From Balanoglossus misakiensis (taxonomy: Eukaryota > Animalia > Hemichordata), in the NCBI GenBank assembly GCA_040954595.2, contig CM082593.2, positions 8,406,043 to 8,470,042 of the forward strand: 64,000 bases of DNA, given 5' to 3'. The translations under genes and the position numbers were made by a program. The notes beneath the pieces are model-generated. The model made no database searches, was not told where the DNA came from, and saw only the letters and a program-made list of their open reading frames with translations. Shown here piece by piece: positions 15,631 through 30,422 of the stretch. The first letter of the stretch is position 1; every line of letters begins with the position of its first letter.

Positions 15631-18600
15631 TTTATATAAGATATACTGTTCTGGCATAGTTTAGACACTTTGCAATCAAAACACGGGAGCACATTCAGTT
15701 CATATCTGGTTTAGTTCGGCTTAATTTTTTAAAGTCAGTCTATTACATCCTGGAACGAATTAGAACTAACGCTATCCATATGGAGTCAAGGTCATCATGT
15801 CAGCAAAGTTATGACTGGCTTGTATCTAGGCAGAATCGTTGGGTTTGCCTGACTGACTTTGATCTCGTGATATCTCGCAATTCTGAGACGATATTCTCGC
15901 GGCGGTGATACGGCTTTACTCATACGCTACGCTTCACTCAGGGTTTCAGGACGAGTAACTGCCCCAGGGTGTTGCCATAGCAACTGCCCCAGGGAGTTTC
16001 CATAGTTAACGAGTTTTTGCGCTACCTCTGATCTGTTAATTTTTCGTCGCACTCAGAACGCATCCGCGAATTAATCTGTAGTTGTGAATGTATCGAGGGA
16101 GATAGTGTGTTTGATCTTTTGGACCCAGTTAAAAGCGGAATTACCCAATTTATAAGCCTGCAGACATGTGTACCACGACGGCACCGTCTACAATTTATGC
16201 CGCGCATATCTTGAGTAGCTTGTTTGTCGTGTCCGTGAAATAAATGGTTTGCAACGAGAGCCGTTACATGCAGCAGACGTTGCATGTGCATCTTTAGTGC
16301 CAGGTCAACAAAACCATGACATGTATCAGAAAAATGTTGGAGCAGAAACGAATATCGACTCAAAAGCAGTTTTAATCCCTCGTATTTCACTTGCTCGACT
16401 TTGTACGAATGCTGTGTCTCTACATCAACACCTTATATCCATGCTTGTGAAAATTTCACTCGTATCGCGGGTCAGCTGCACCATTTTGAGTTTACGTTTT
16501 AGCTGTAGCATCAGAGAGTACCGCGTAAGTACAGATGTCTTCGTACTCTACATCTGATATTAATCAAATTGTAAAAGTGTGCATTTTATTTAGTCCAGAA
16601 AATTCTGATGGTCATTTTCATGTCAATATTTCATCGATATGTGACGAATGGCACAGTTTGCAACCCCCAAAACAATTAAACTTTTAAATATGCACGCGGT
16701 TTGGTTCATGATTCATCGCTCCGTCGCTAATCTACTTTAGATCGACATACGATGTCAAGGCGCCAATTTTGCGACTCTCACATCATTGGTTTTCTGCAGA
16801 CGTCGACAACACGATTCAGATATGCGTCGGAAACGTGTGAAAGAGAACACTTCGGAAGCCAGGTTGCCTTGGGTCATAGTAGACTCACGTCTTTAATTTT
16901 CTCCGCAAATTCCAGCTGCTCCAGAAATTTCCGATTAAGATAATTATCCTTACGTCCGGTCTCCATGGCAACTTACCAGGGAAAGCTATTTCAAGGGAAT
17001 TGGAAATTGCCGACGCGTCTTAGTTAGAGCTGCGCTATTATACAGTGTCTCCAGGACGCAGTGTGACTTCAAGTGTACCGCTGCGCCACAAATAAATTCC
17101 GGACAACTTCAGTCAAATATTCAAATCTATGCACGTATAAATCCGCTATCTCCACGTCGCACGAGGCATGTTTTTTTTTCTAGCGTTGATGACAGATTGG
17201 GAAAAGTCTCTCCCGTTATCAGTAATTTCGAGATTGTGTAGTCGCGGCGAATGTTCAAAATCCCCAAATCCGATCACAATTTCTCGTCTACGACTTTCAC
17301 ACTCATTCGCTAATTGCATGTCTCCAGGGTGTGGGTGAAGTTTGGAAATCGAGAATTCTTCTAATCTATGCGTGACGTAGCGTCTTTTGTAAGCAACACA
17401 CCGCCATGCAGTGGGAAACCGTTATCATTGACCCCAAAACGATGACCTTAAACACGCGATATTTCCTAGAAGATAACAAAATTCATAATTGCTTCGACTT
17501 CCGAAACTCCCTGCCAGGATGGTTTCCTCCTGTCGAGGGCGTATTTTCAAACAGACTCTTCTGGTATCGTACCTTGATTATACCTTGAGTCGATACAATC
17601 TTGATGGTCGGTCGACAAAATCATAAAAATCAGAGAAGGCCACAAGCCGCCACAGGATATTGTGAAGATCCGACAGCAGAGACATGCGCACTATCGCGGG
17701 AGAAGCACAACTATTTACAGAGCGATCGTCCACCCAGCAATCTTTACAGCTAGAGAGTACAATATGCCGCGAGAACAGCGCTTATAGAAATGACAATATC
17801 TCCTCTGGAACACTTTTCGTTTATTCAGTATGTAGGCCTTATACATTTTCCTGATCTATTGTCACCCGTATCTTATATCCACTCCATCAACGTTTATTCT
17901 CCCCTTTCCCCATACAGTTAAATTCTAAAAGCCAGGATATGTGATATCATCGCACCCTCATACTGTCATGACAAAACAATTATTTTCCAACTTCGTTGCT
18001 GGATTTTCTCATTATACATTGCAATATCACCACAAAAGTTTCGAAGCAAATGGCAAGCATAACGATCGAAAGAACGTTACGGTAACGTTTGCAAACCTCT
18101 TTGAAAACACTCTTTCTTGCAAGTACAACAAAAACCGTCAGTATCGCCAATCTGACATCATGTGTGTTTGGGTGCTGACGAATGCCGGATTTCACTGATA
18201 TATCTTGCATGTAAAAATACAATGTGATATTTGTCATCTTGGTAGGTATAGCAACAGCTCTAAAACCATCTTAGCAAGAGATTGGCCCTCAGCGCCATTA
18301 CAGAGTAATACATAGCCTCAGGGGATATTAACAATAATCTTAGTCTTGGATTATCTATCAAGCGTTTTATGATCGGTGTAAAGAGCAGTTGCTAAAAGAA
18401 ATGACAGTCGTTTTGGAAACGCGTGTGATATATTTCGAACACTGTTAATATAGTGAGGACCTTGCGGTAGTTGCTGGATCGGTACATAACTTGAACGCGC
18501 GACCGACTTCTTGTTGTTGTTGGTGGTGGTGCCCCTCCCCTAGAATTTGCATTTTAGATCACGTCACACAACTATCACATAAATAGAGCAAAATCGCAAG

Positions 18601-19130
18601 ACAGCAAGATGTTGATCGCAAAGTTGATTGTATTACTTGAAACGGTTCTCACTTAACATCTGAAGAGCCTGCAGAAAATTTTACTTCGTAGGAGACGGAA
18701 CACCTTGTTACAGCCTGAAGTATACTGTTTTCCACTCTGTTTTACAAACTCATTTACATGAACTTGCCGCTCCTAGTGGTCCTTGAAATATAAAAGTTTA
18801 AAGAATGTATAATGACATAATTCGACACATATCTTGTTAACTGAAATGGAAGTTTATCATTAAGATCCAAAAATGGTCTGATAGAACAGCCCATGCAGGC
18901 ACTGTTTGTAACCCTTCCCGAAAGGGTACGTCGACGTTACAGAATTGACATTTTATCTCAACGTGCAACAAAATCTTTTGTCCCATTTTCGTTACATATT
19001 GAAAGTAAACACGTAAAAGGTTCAAATATCACAGTCATAAAATCTAGTCTCTCCTTTGACGTTTAATTGAATGCAACATTTCAGAAAATATCACAGTTTC
19101 TACGAAACGTGTAGAATATTAGAATATTAA

Positions 19131-19637
19131 AGGCACGTGAGCTGCAACTGGATAAAAAATTCAAGTTTTAAATAATCTCATATATGCTTTTAATCATGTC
19201 TATTAAATGATATTTCATGATAATATATCAAGCTCAACACTTTTTTATGACAAAATGGCCAAAAATTGAAGAAAAACGAAAATTCCTGCAATTTTAAAAA
19301 AAGTGAAATATTGCAATGAAAAAGGAAAATATAATGTCTCAGCGGTGTACATTTACTTCTATGAGCTCAAGTGGATAAGATCATGTTTTGTTATAAAGTT
19401 TCATAACCAGAAATGCAACATTTTCGTTATTTTTTGCATTTTCCCACGGTGGCGGCCATAATCGCTTGCGGCAAAGGTTTATTATTTATCTGGTTAGAAC
19501 TTGCATATGCACTCATATTTAGGGTTTATAATGCTTGTGTATAGTTCACTGCCTTCATCTGCATGGACTAATGGTAGTACAGTTTGAAACAAAAATTATG
19601 ATAATTATCCCAAAAGTTGCAGCTTTAATATGTGCCT
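19131..19637. mobile_element. TTAA-flanked MITE (Kolobok-like)
   Basis: ttaa|AGGCACGTGAGCTGCAACT ... AGTTGCAGCT(ttaata)TGTGCCT|ttaa; AG...CT termini with TTAA TSD. Confidence 0.7.
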
Positions 19638-19708
19638 TTAAATGCTATGCCGTTATAGTTTGCTGTGTGTGAATTTGCTGCAAGAAGGGCTACCCAGGTA
19701 TACGTTAA

Positions 19709-19878
19709 AGGTACAATTTACATACGCCCATGTATGGCTAAATGGCGTATTTGATTGTTCTAAAGAACATATGGTGGCGCTCTTTTTCGCGTGTGCCACC
19801 CACTGAAAATCTGTGATTGGCTAGATCTCAATTTGCCATGGTAACTAGAGCTAAATTTGCATAGGTGACCGTATACCT
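19709..19878. mobile_element. TTAA-flanked MITE (Kolobok-like); sister copy inverted at 30238-30422
   Basis: ttaa|AGGTAC ... TATACCT|ttaa; the interior is the reverse complement of 30238-30422. Confidence 0.8.
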
Positions 19879-22842
19879 TTAATCAAGTCTGGATTAACTA
19901 TTCCTATAGGCCTAAATATCGATAATTCTACATAAATTAAGTTATAAAAAATAATGCTAAATAGTAATTTAGAAAATGCCACCGGATACATTTGTATAAA
20001 AAATATTTCTCGATTTATCTGTGATCAATACTAGCAACAACTGTCGCTAAATGATGCCGACATTGGACCCGACAATGTATATATGATCAGTCCGCAGACT
20101 TTTGAATTTTTAATGGCGGAATGGACGTCTTGGCGAGGGATGAAGATTGGTGATTCCCTACGGGGAATCTCTTTTAACATCTGAAACGAGCATTAATCTC
20201 TGGATAAGTCATTACCGCAGTGTGGCTGCAATAATCGTCGGTCTGTGGAGCATAACGTTGTTTACCTTACATGTAAAGTCATATTTCCGCACGGGGAAAT
20301 CGCGAGATAAAACAAGATCTATTGGCGACATAAAAATCCATGAAAACGGGAGAACCCTCTGTGCTTGGGAGTTCTTCCTGAAAAATTTGAAAGGCAGGGC
20401 ACAAACATCGAGCTTAGTATCGAACATATTCATATTAGTGGACGGGTGTATGTGCGTGAGGAGACGCCCGCAGGCAATGTGATCGCTGTGTCGTGCCTCG
20501 CTAGTTACTCCTTTTGTTAGCCGGCTATTGATCACCCCTGCTAATGCATATAACATGTGACGTCGGCGCAGAATTTTCAGCCGTGCTCCGCCGATACCTT
20601 GCCTGCATTAGAGCAAATATTGCAAATCGAACGATGTCTTTCACAATTGATTCGGAAATTGCTAGAGATTTAATGAACGAACCTAGCGACGTTCCGAAAG
20701 GGGAAAAAAATAATTACGTTTAACGAGAGGAAGCGATATTGACTGTGAGAAATGCATAATGGGTTGAAATATGCCCCGCGGTGTTGTGCTGAAGAGATGA
20801 CACAAAAATGGGTGGAAATGGTTCTGAGGAAACCGACTTAAATACAATCTACCGATAACGTTTAAGAACCTCTATAGATTCCCCTTTGAACTCGCTATGC
20901 CGCAATATTTCCGATATAACTGCGTTTCGGGGCCAACACCATTGTCTGGCCGTACCTTGTCGTAACGCCTAATTCAAATTTTAATCTATTCACTGTAGAC
21001 GGTTTACGATTTCACGACACGAGTTCAAACTAAAGGTAATGGCGGCGTTGAACCGGAAACAATACATCACATAATAGCGAGAAATTATCGGATCGGATAT
21101 TAATTTGACGTCAGACGCTGTAACAATAATCCGGCGATAACACAACCTTCAGACGATTAAATTTTCATCTCATTTTTTTGTTTCTTTTCCTTTTATGAGT
21201 CAACATGGCTATAATTCACACCTTCATGAAATTTCTTCTTTTCCGAGAATAATGCGAGGGCGAACGACACGTTAGACTCGATTGAAACAGCAGTAAACAA
21301 CGTACGGTCGGGGAAGCGGTGTCGTTAACGCGGTATACGTGATTGCGTCCAAAGAACGTCAGGCGCGTTTCGGTCTTATTAAACGCATGCGTGGAAGTGT
21401 AATTGAAACTCAAGGAAAGTACGTACGTAAAAGCATCGCGCCACAGTAATCAGCTAACATTGCAATCGATCATGGGAGGAAAGGGTCTTAAACACGAACG
21501 TATTCAATGAATGTGTATTTCAGCGACGTTCCCCAGAGGGCAGCTCTCGGCTCGTCACTCTGATGAAAGCAGAAACGCCGACAATGCCAAGCCATAAAAT
21601 TACAATTCTCCTAGGAGATCCAAACGGCGATACGTTCGTGCCCTAGTAGTTGCTATGGTCTCTCCTTCGGCTAAACATTACTAACGTACGTGGCGTCGTT
21701 AAAAAAACGACACGCCGTCAAATTGAGCCGAGGCGAAAGATAAATGCATGGCTACCCGCGTGAGCGCAACCGAGACCAACGCTGTGTCTGCTATTGTCAC
21801 TGTCGGCTGAAACCGGCTTGCTGTGCGTGACTAAACGACAAAACGGGGTCGATTCGAGAAAAATCGATGACATCGCCCACCAAAGTAAAATTTTATATTC
21901 CGTCACGGTTACTCCAGGCTTCTTCACAAAGGACGCAGAGAACAAGATAATCATTCCCCTCGGTTGCCTAGCAACGGGGGATATATTGCCGGGCAGACTA
22001 TGTCGGTTGGCTGCGCTTCACTCCCCTTTTCCGGCTCTTTGTAACACAGGCCGCGCCAATCTCATCTACATGCTATGCGCGTCTGATGCGCGTAATCCAA
22101 AGACCAATCGCGATCGTTCAAACGACGCCTCTTTATACGTTGCTTCAGACACCGCCGATCGTAAAAATTAACATAGCGAGACCTATACGTGGCGTCGTTG
22201 TGACCAATAATTGTTCCATTTCTCTCGGAGAAAACAATTTTGATGAAATACTGCTTTGTAGGTTGTTGGAATCGGAATATTGTTTCAGCAGCATGGCTGT
22301 CGTTCGGCTAATGAGTTTACATAATGTTGATGAAAAGACTTGTCTTGGGGAATACATATTATTACATGCGACTCGTGTCATACATAGCCTTGAACTCTGT
22401 CTACCTGTGTTTGTAAAAGTGTACGGTCACTCAAAAATCCACGGTTTGCCAAAGCATAGGTCTACTCTTTACAAATCACTTTATGGCTAATTTTCTGAAA
22501 TAGGGTTTTCGCATTCTACTATTCGACCCCACCCCCAAATGAACGACGAAATACCTAATATGTGTTTGATAACACTACCATGGGCCAATATGTGAAAAGT
22601 TTAGCATGTTATAGAATAAGAAAACGAAGGCGTTAGACAAAATGAAAATGTTGTAAAAACTGCCTAAATGACAGCTTGTCATGGGAAAGTGCTCAATACT
22701 GTAAGAACCGTACAAATACAACCTGAAACTTTAAAGTTTGTGGTCTCACTTGAATTATAATGTACTTAATACAACGTCACAGACAGATCGCAAAGTGTCA
22801 ATACATGCCCACCAAAGAATCGAACAGCCGTCACCACTTTAA

Positions 22843-23170
22843 AGCCCCGATAGCGGCCAAATTTCACACATTTTAATCGATAAAGTGCTTCAATCTTTTC
22901 CTTATCCTAAGTCGACATACAACATGTTTTGATTTACACTACCTATATGCGCCGGCGCGTACTACAAAAGTTACATACTCATGATGCAATGGGCGGCTGA
23001 ATAAACGGGTGTGGTAACCGTTTATTATTTAACTTCTTTATCATGTTTATATAAATTACAGCCATAATCATAGGTTGATAATGTAGTAATTGTGTAGTAT
23101 ACAGATCACTAAGCTCATTAAATGCACAATAAGTAAAATCATGAAAATAATGCAACAATCGCAGCTTAGT
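22843..23170. mobile_element. Degenerate TTAA-type MITE, same family as the ends at 31355 and 32354
   Basis: Left ttaa|AGCCCCGATAGCGGCCAAATTTCAC; right taaaatcatgaaaataatgcaacaatcgcagct, shared with 32312-32346. Right boundary approximate. Confidence 0.5.
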
Positions 23171-23317
23171 AACCAGTCGCTATCCTTCTTCAAGTGCTTC
23201 TCCTGGACATGGACTGAAGCTGGACAGTCCCGAAATACACTTGTCGTCAACTTCTCACATATAACGAATTCAACAATTATTTCACCGACATACCTTTCAA
23301 TTCTTTGTTACAGACTA

Positions 23318-23419
23318 CAGGGAAACCTGTCTAATAAGTACACCTCTGGGACCAGAAAATCTGTCCTTTATAGAGAGGTGTCCTGATTAGAGAGGTGTCT
23401 GTAATGACAGGTTTCACTG
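23318..23419. mobile_element. Short Tc1/mariner (pogo/Tigger-like) MITE
   Basis: ta|CAGGGAAACCTGTC ... GACAGGTTTCACTG TIRs with internal agaggtgtc repeats. Confidence 0.7.
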
Positions 23420-26400
23420 CACTTACAACCACACCTTTCCTACCGCCATAATATCCCGAGGCCATGACGAAAACCCAATCACGATTATAGTACTCGGGCG
23501 TTTGCACTTACATCAAAATGACATTAAATGCCAGTTGAACTAAACGACCAAATCTCTCTAGCGACGATACATACGTTATACGTGCATACAACACGCGCGT
23601 GGTGACACGAGTTTGGGATTTAATGGCGGATTTGTCAGTTTATGACCAGCGAAAGAAGTTGAGTCAAAGACGTTGCAGGAATACGGAAAGGTAATTTCAG
23701 AGGAAAAGACTAATCAGCGTTGTTCTTTTTTTTCTTTGTTCCTAAGACAACAGTCGTAGTTGTATGTAAGTTGTTTGCGCGGGTTGTTTCAAACGATTGA
23801 CAAAAGATTAAAAGTTCTGTCTGTCTGTCTCTTTCACTCTCCTCGTCTGAAATTTATACAGGTATAGGATAAACGGTGTTGTATGAATTCCCTGTTCTTC
23901 GTTCTTCTGTCTGGGACATTCATTATGTATTTTTGAATATTTATTTCCAATATCTGTTTAATTTCTCTTAAATGGACTTAAAGTCTGAAATAAACATACT
24001 AAAAATCAACGATTAATATTATGATACTGTCAATCCAACATAACTTCCAGGCGGTTGTTATATTGTTTTTAAACCTCAGATGAGTTGGAAATAATTTCAT
24101 CCTGACTTAATCTGCTTTCAGGTAACAACCTGGATATGACTACAGTTCCTCTATTGCATATATTGCTATTAATAGCCCATCAAACGCAATTTTGGCATTC
24201 AGTAAAAATTAAATGATTGTAATGTTCATAAAGGGCGTCAGATGACCTGCGACAAGTCAAATGGTCATACCGCTCTTGCAGTGGGTCTTGTAGTCCGTTG
24301 AGCCGCCGCGGTATCGATCCTATTCGACTCAGACTAACTTGCTAACTGACTTTATCATGCTGATTTATTTGAATTATTTCAAGGCTAATTGACTCAAACG
24401 CAAGAAATCACCAATTCCGAAGCGCTTATATTTGGGGAAAACGATATCCTGTTGATCACACCCAGCTGTTATTCCTTCACATTTAGATGGATTTTGACAC
24501 TTAAAAACAACCCTGACACGTTTTTAAAGATGCTTTATAATAAGTCATGTACTTGAACCCATTACCAGAAGTGGTCTATTACATTCAGTGACAATATTGC
24601 CAAGTAAACCTGTCATCAACTTATTGGTCGTCTAAATGAGTACAGAAATGGACGGGTAGAAAATAATCGCAAAATGATTGAAAATTTGGTTTTAAGGCTA
24701 GAGAGTATTCACAAACCGCCAATCCCCTATACCTAGTATGTGATTGCTTATTCACCGCTTACAAATGGTCACCACTGAAACATATGGTAAATGCCTTATG
24801 CATTTCATTAAAACGCTTGTAAAATTATACACAACTTTTTGTCCCGCGAAGTTGAAGAACACCCGCAATTCAATATCAGGCGGTCTATATCTGCAGGACT
24901 AGTATAGTATTTCAATTCTGTGTGCTCAGAGTGGTTCTCAAGTTTTTGGTTCAGACTCCACGCCGACCCATTTTACTGATGCATGTACATGTACTATAAC
25001 ACACTTACGCTGTCAGTCCACTGAAAACGAGTTTATGGCTTTAACCTCATCGGGTCATGTGCAGAGAAGACGTGAAATCCCCATGATCCATTGCGATAAC
25101 AACCGACGCAAGGTCACACGACGTGCGTGGAATCTCTCGCAGGGGTGCGTAGCATGATATATAAAAGGTTTTATTTTTATTCATGAAACATTGTGTTTGC
25201 GTCATTTTTTATTGTAGAAGTATCTACGAGTGGCCATGTTTGGTTTGGTATGCGTGTTTTGAGATGTTGATGAGATTGCAATATGTTGTCGCTGAGTCAA
25301 GCTTTTGCATTGTGGTCTAAACTAGAATTGAATTGAAACAAATACAAGAGCGCCACGCACCCGGCCACGACACGCCACGTACACACGCTGCCAAGTTGAG
25401 TGCTTGCATTCGTTGTCGCGGAGGCGCTGTAGATTTAAGGGCCTTGGAAACGGCGCAGCGGTAAAGCTATCCAGCTGCGGGTAACTTCAGTTGACACCAG
25501 ACGCGTCGTGTTGACCTCTTGACCCCCGGTGGCGTGTTAACGTGTCTAACATAGCGTGACCGTAGCCATATTTACGTGCAGGCGATGTCATACTCGTTAT
25601 CTTTATGATCGGAGTTCCGCCACAAATCATGCCAGGTCTGTTTATTCCCGCCCGGATTCCCGCCATGAAAAACTTTCCCATAGGCCCCTACTTTTGCAAG
25701 GCAGCATTACCGCGTTTATAGCACCGACTTATTTAGGCAATATCCGACCTATGTCGAGATGACCCTAGCTCGAGATTTTGCCCGGTATTCACAATTTCTC
25801 AAATCTCCACCTGACTAGTAGCGCTAGCTCTGCGTACAGGTCTGTGTGCTCCCGGCGTTACACGGCCTCCACAGACCTGTACGCAACCTACATCGGTAGC
25901 TGCTAGCAGAGTTAGCAAGTGCCCGCCCGCTGTCAAGGTTTTACCTAAATAATGCAGTCTCATGTAGAGGCACATGGACTAAATATCATGCATCGGTCCA
26001 TAGCAACAGAGAAGCCCTTACATACCTGACTAAATTTAAAGTATCCATCATTTCTCAACACACGCAACAATGATCAGAATCATTTTATCAGTACGTGTTT
26101 ATATATGTAAATGATATGTTTATCAATAGGATAGGAAACGAGTGATATGCGTATAGTCACAGCACATGCAGCATAGCGAAACAATGAGAGTATCATAAAA
26201 TTTTGTCTCAAAATGAATTTTTAAATAATAACACCCAATAACTTAAATTTGTTTCACTGTACACGAATCTGAGCTGACAGGAACTCCAAGTGTCGGGATA
26301 TGACATGAATGTTTCACAATGGAAAGTTGAACTGAATTAGCTGCGTTTGAACATAGACCCTTCTCCAGGGTCTATTAAGTTGGTATTTGAAAATGTTGCA

Positions 26401-28779
26401 AATAGCCAGCCGGCCAGTTTACGTCGCGATAACTATTAAAACGTTAATTCTTGGACCACTGTTCAATCTTTATGAGTTAAACGCCACCAATTAAAAAAAA
26501 AATCAACCACAAAAATGATTGGATATTCGGCATGCTATTTTATAATCGTAACGTCAAAGCTATCATCATTGGAAAACGTCACCAATACTCCACGATGAAA
26601 CAGGCTACCACAAATTTAGCATATGGCGGGAAGACGTATATATGCACAGTGCACAGCGAGGGAGACGGCGTGTCTTCATCAGAAGACGTAAAAGACTTGA
26701 GCTGAATTTAACACCCCCGAATAATTTCCTATTTCCGTAAGAAGAGAAGGCATTACTTTGATTTATGCCCCAAAAATATGTTCTTTGAGCCCAGTCGTTT
26801 AGTTTTTGCAGATTAAAATTAACATAATGGACGCGTGGTTATAACCAGTCTACATCATATGTGAGATCCCGTCTTTGAACGTTTCTACTGACTTACGCGG
26901 ATATTGATATGCCAACTGGTCGTTGGCTAGATAAAAGGCACATTCGCCGCGTTCGCGATTAACCCACGCCATTTTCTCGGTTTTTACCGTTCCCGTGAGA
27001 ATAATATCGCTGAAACTCGCTCATCAATTTTCCCGAAAGGAAACCGTCCTATTTTTGGCGCGCTTCCAAGTAAGCAACTTTACTTTAAATATTCATAAAT
27101 ATTCAAAGGCGCGTTTTCCTTCCCACATCACGTTTTCTGGAGCACGTCATCTTCAGTGTTTGCGTTTAGGGTTCGTCTTTTCAAATTGCCGGATTCGTGG
27201 CGCTGAACCTATTCTGTATAATTCATGTGCCTACAAACGCCAGGAGTCTCGTTGCCTCTGATATTTCCACGTCCTTTCAAAATGCACACCATCTCCAAAG
27301 TCGTTACTCACCCATTGCACGATGCTTTGAACGCAACTCGTCGCCGTCATCGTTCCATCATGTACCTAGTATATCTGCCGGCTATTGCCACCCTGTGTCA
27401 CCATCGCTCTGTATCGTGTGCATGTCATCTCCAGCCTTCGAGATATTTTCAAGATAGTCAACACGGTCAAGCTTTCTCGATGCTGTCTTAAAATTCTCCA
27501 AATATCTTGTAACTGGTCAAGTCGCACATTAACATTTATGATTACACACCATCATTTCTCATTAATAGCACCTACGAAATAACTGTCTAATTTGGAGGGG
27601 AAAGAGATTCATTCATTCATCATGTTCATACGCACATACACAAACAGAAATAGATACATACATACATGAAACAATATCAGACTGCAAGACTATATTAAAA
27701 GCTCAAAATGGAACACTGCGTAGCAGGACTTTGATGTTACCGGTTGCGCCTCCATCCCTGCCCGACGCGACGGACCTCGAAAAGTTTGGAAGACGCAGTA
27801 CCCAAACAAAAGTTAAAATTTGAGAACAATCTTAACGCTGGTGGCGCTTTATTAATCGCGACTTATACTTGAAGACGGACATATGCATTGTGGGAACAGA
27901 GCATGCACCAGAGGAAGTCATGGGTACTTGGGGGTCACTGCACATCAGAGTCAAGATGGTCACTATTCTCTGCGTTAACTCTATGGGAGACATATCAAAC
28001 TGTAATGATTTTTATGAAAATATAACTGTTGAACACAACTTATTTTCTCCGTGTCGCATAAGGTGATTGACTTGAACGACATCAGAGTCAAAACCATGTG
28101 GTGACCTCGTTGCCGTGACATTGCATTTTGAGTTCTATTGACATGCAGATCTTCAAAATCCAAGAGAGTTGACTGCGTGTCCAGACCCTTGTGTGTGAGT
28201 CTATCTTAAACACACTGGGTATGGAAACCAGGCTACAGAACAGCCAAAGCCGAGAGAACAGAATAGCCAAAACTATCACCAGCGCCTAATTCTACATCTG
28301 ATATTTAATCAGACTGAGGTCATATTCTATATAAACTCACCAAAATGAGTAAATTAGGAAGAGCATTTTAATCTAACTTTATTGATACAACATATTTTAC
28401 AACGTACATATATATAATCAACACACCTGAGTTTTGCTTCACAGTGTTGAATGTGGGCTTCATCTTCTTGAAGTCCCTCAAACATCCAGTACTTCCAATT
28501 TATCAGTGATTTGCTTGAAGAAATTTTAAGAAATTATTCAAAAATGGGACCTGTAGTCCCATGAATATCACAAATTTATTTTTTCTCAGAAATTCACACA
28601 GACAATTTCGGAGTCTGAATTGTTCCTGTTTCTGTGGTTAATTCCATTTTTCGATGAATATTTGAATCCATGATTGATTGTTTATTGACAAAAGTGAATG
28701 ACTGAAATCTACCATTGTAAAAACAGCAAATATGAGAAAATAAAATAACAAGGCTTTTCTTTAACAATGATTCCATTAA

Positions 28780-29109
28780 AGGGACAAAGTCTCTCTCTTG
28801 CTGCCCCTGTTCCATTAATTATGTTTGATACAAGACACTCTTTATGTTATTCTACATGTGGATATATAGCGAATCAACGTTCGACCACACACAACTTTCA
28901 TCCTGTTTGTGGATATGAGAGTAGAAATCTCCCCAAAATGAATAAACGGTAGAGACTGATTATTCATTTTGGCGAGTTTTTTACTCTCGTGTCTACAAGT
29001 GGGATAGAAGTTGTGATTCACTATATATCCACATGTACATTGATATGACGTATGTATAAAACATAATTAATGGAAAAAGGGCAGCGAGAGAGAGCGAGAC
29101 TTTGTCCCT
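28780..29109. mobile_element. Near-palindromic TTAA-flanked MITE (Kolobok-like)
   Basis: ttaa|AGGGACAAAGTCTC...GCTGCCC ... GGGCAGC...GAGACTTTGTCCCT|ttaa; arms pair over most of the length. Confidence 0.85.
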
Positions 29110-29574
29110 TTAATTGTGCCAAAACCTACAAAATTAAAATATCAGCTTTTCAACACATTAAACTTAAACAGCTGCACAGCCATTAAAATCAATTAAGTCA
29201 GTAAAAGTAAGTCAGTCAAACTGAAATAAATTCTGAAGTACTCTATACATGGTCAGTTCTTCTAATGACAGTTTACAGTTACTTTGCTTTCTACACTTCT
29301 GAAACCACAAAGATTGACTGTCATCAAATATAATTCAATACCATGTCATGTCATATAGAGTGAAATCTACCACTCTCCAAATACTATCCTGTGACCACAC
29401 AGGATGAAACAGGTGAGGCCTGACAACCAGTGTGCACTCTAAGCCCATATGACCCGCTTCCAACTCAACAAAATCACTGGTGACTCAAGAAAATTATGCA
29501 TGCTACATGCAAAGGTATAGGGCGGACTCAGGGAAATTTCTAGAAAATCCTCAAATTGTCTCAAAGATTTTAAA

Positions 29575-29766
29575 AGTTATGCTGCTCCAAAGCTCTGGAA
29601 CTCGCTGCTTAATGATATTTGACTAGCACCCAGTCAAGACTCTTTTAAGAGAAAACTGAAGACAATTTTTTTTGAAAAAGCCTACAGTGTGTGAACAACC
29701 ATCAGACGCCACTGAACAGAACTTCTGGATATTGGCGCCATATAAATTTGTTGATTGATTGATTGA
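29575..29766 (+). mobile_element. 5'-truncated LINE 3' end (L2/CR1 group)
   Basis: Translates as SYAAPKLWNSLLNDI*LAPSQDSFKRKLKT, the typical ORF2 C-terminus, followed by a short 3' UTR and a (TTGA)n tail. Confidence 0.8.
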
Positions 29767-30237
29767 AAAGTTATGTTTGTTAGAGGGCACACTGCCCTAC
29801 GCTCACACTCAAAAATTGACAAGAGACAGTTTGAGTCATTGACAAGTAAGAGTGCTTTTGCATTTCTGTGTTGAAAAGGCAAGAGTTGTCGTTCCAGTCA
29901 GGGTCGAATGCATTCAGTTTCTTCTCATATTATTGGTTACAAACATGTATCCCACCATCAAATGATAAACTTTTTATCAATTAAAACTTAAAACTCAACA
30001 CCTAACTTACAAACTTGGTTTTCTATCCCCAAATTAACTCAATTTACCTGATGCAACTTCATTCCCCTGTCTTGTCTGATTGGTTTTCATGAACCGTTAC
30101 ATTTTTTTCATAAGTTTATAAGAAAATATTAAAACAAAAATATCACTGATTTTTATAAATTTAGTTATTTTTAAACATTTTACCAACCTCTTAGCAGATC
30201 AATTTATGGACAAGTCAACGTGTTTATGTCATGTTAA

Positions 30238-30422
30238 AGGTATACAGTCACCTATGCAAATTTAGCTACAGTTACCATGGCAAATTGAGATCTAGCCAAT
30301 CACAGATTTTCAGTGGGTGGCACATGCAAAAATAAGAGCGCCACCATATGTTCTTTAGAACACTCATAAACGCCATTTCAGCCATATATGGGCGTATGTA
30401 AATTGGCGGTGACAGTGTACCT
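30238..30422. mobile_element. TTAA-flanked MITE (Kolobok-like)
   Basis: ttaa|AGGTATACAGTCACC ... GGTGACAGTGTACCT|ttaa; 15-bp imperfect TIR. Confidence 0.85.

Noticed and set aside
20147-22490. Several 110-134 aa ORFs
   Set aside because: Overlapping on both strands with random-looking composition; expected by chance.
27000-28560. Coding-like composition and splice-like sites on the minus strand
   Set aside because: All frames are interrupted and I recognise no motif; may be an old transposon remnant but cannot be supported.
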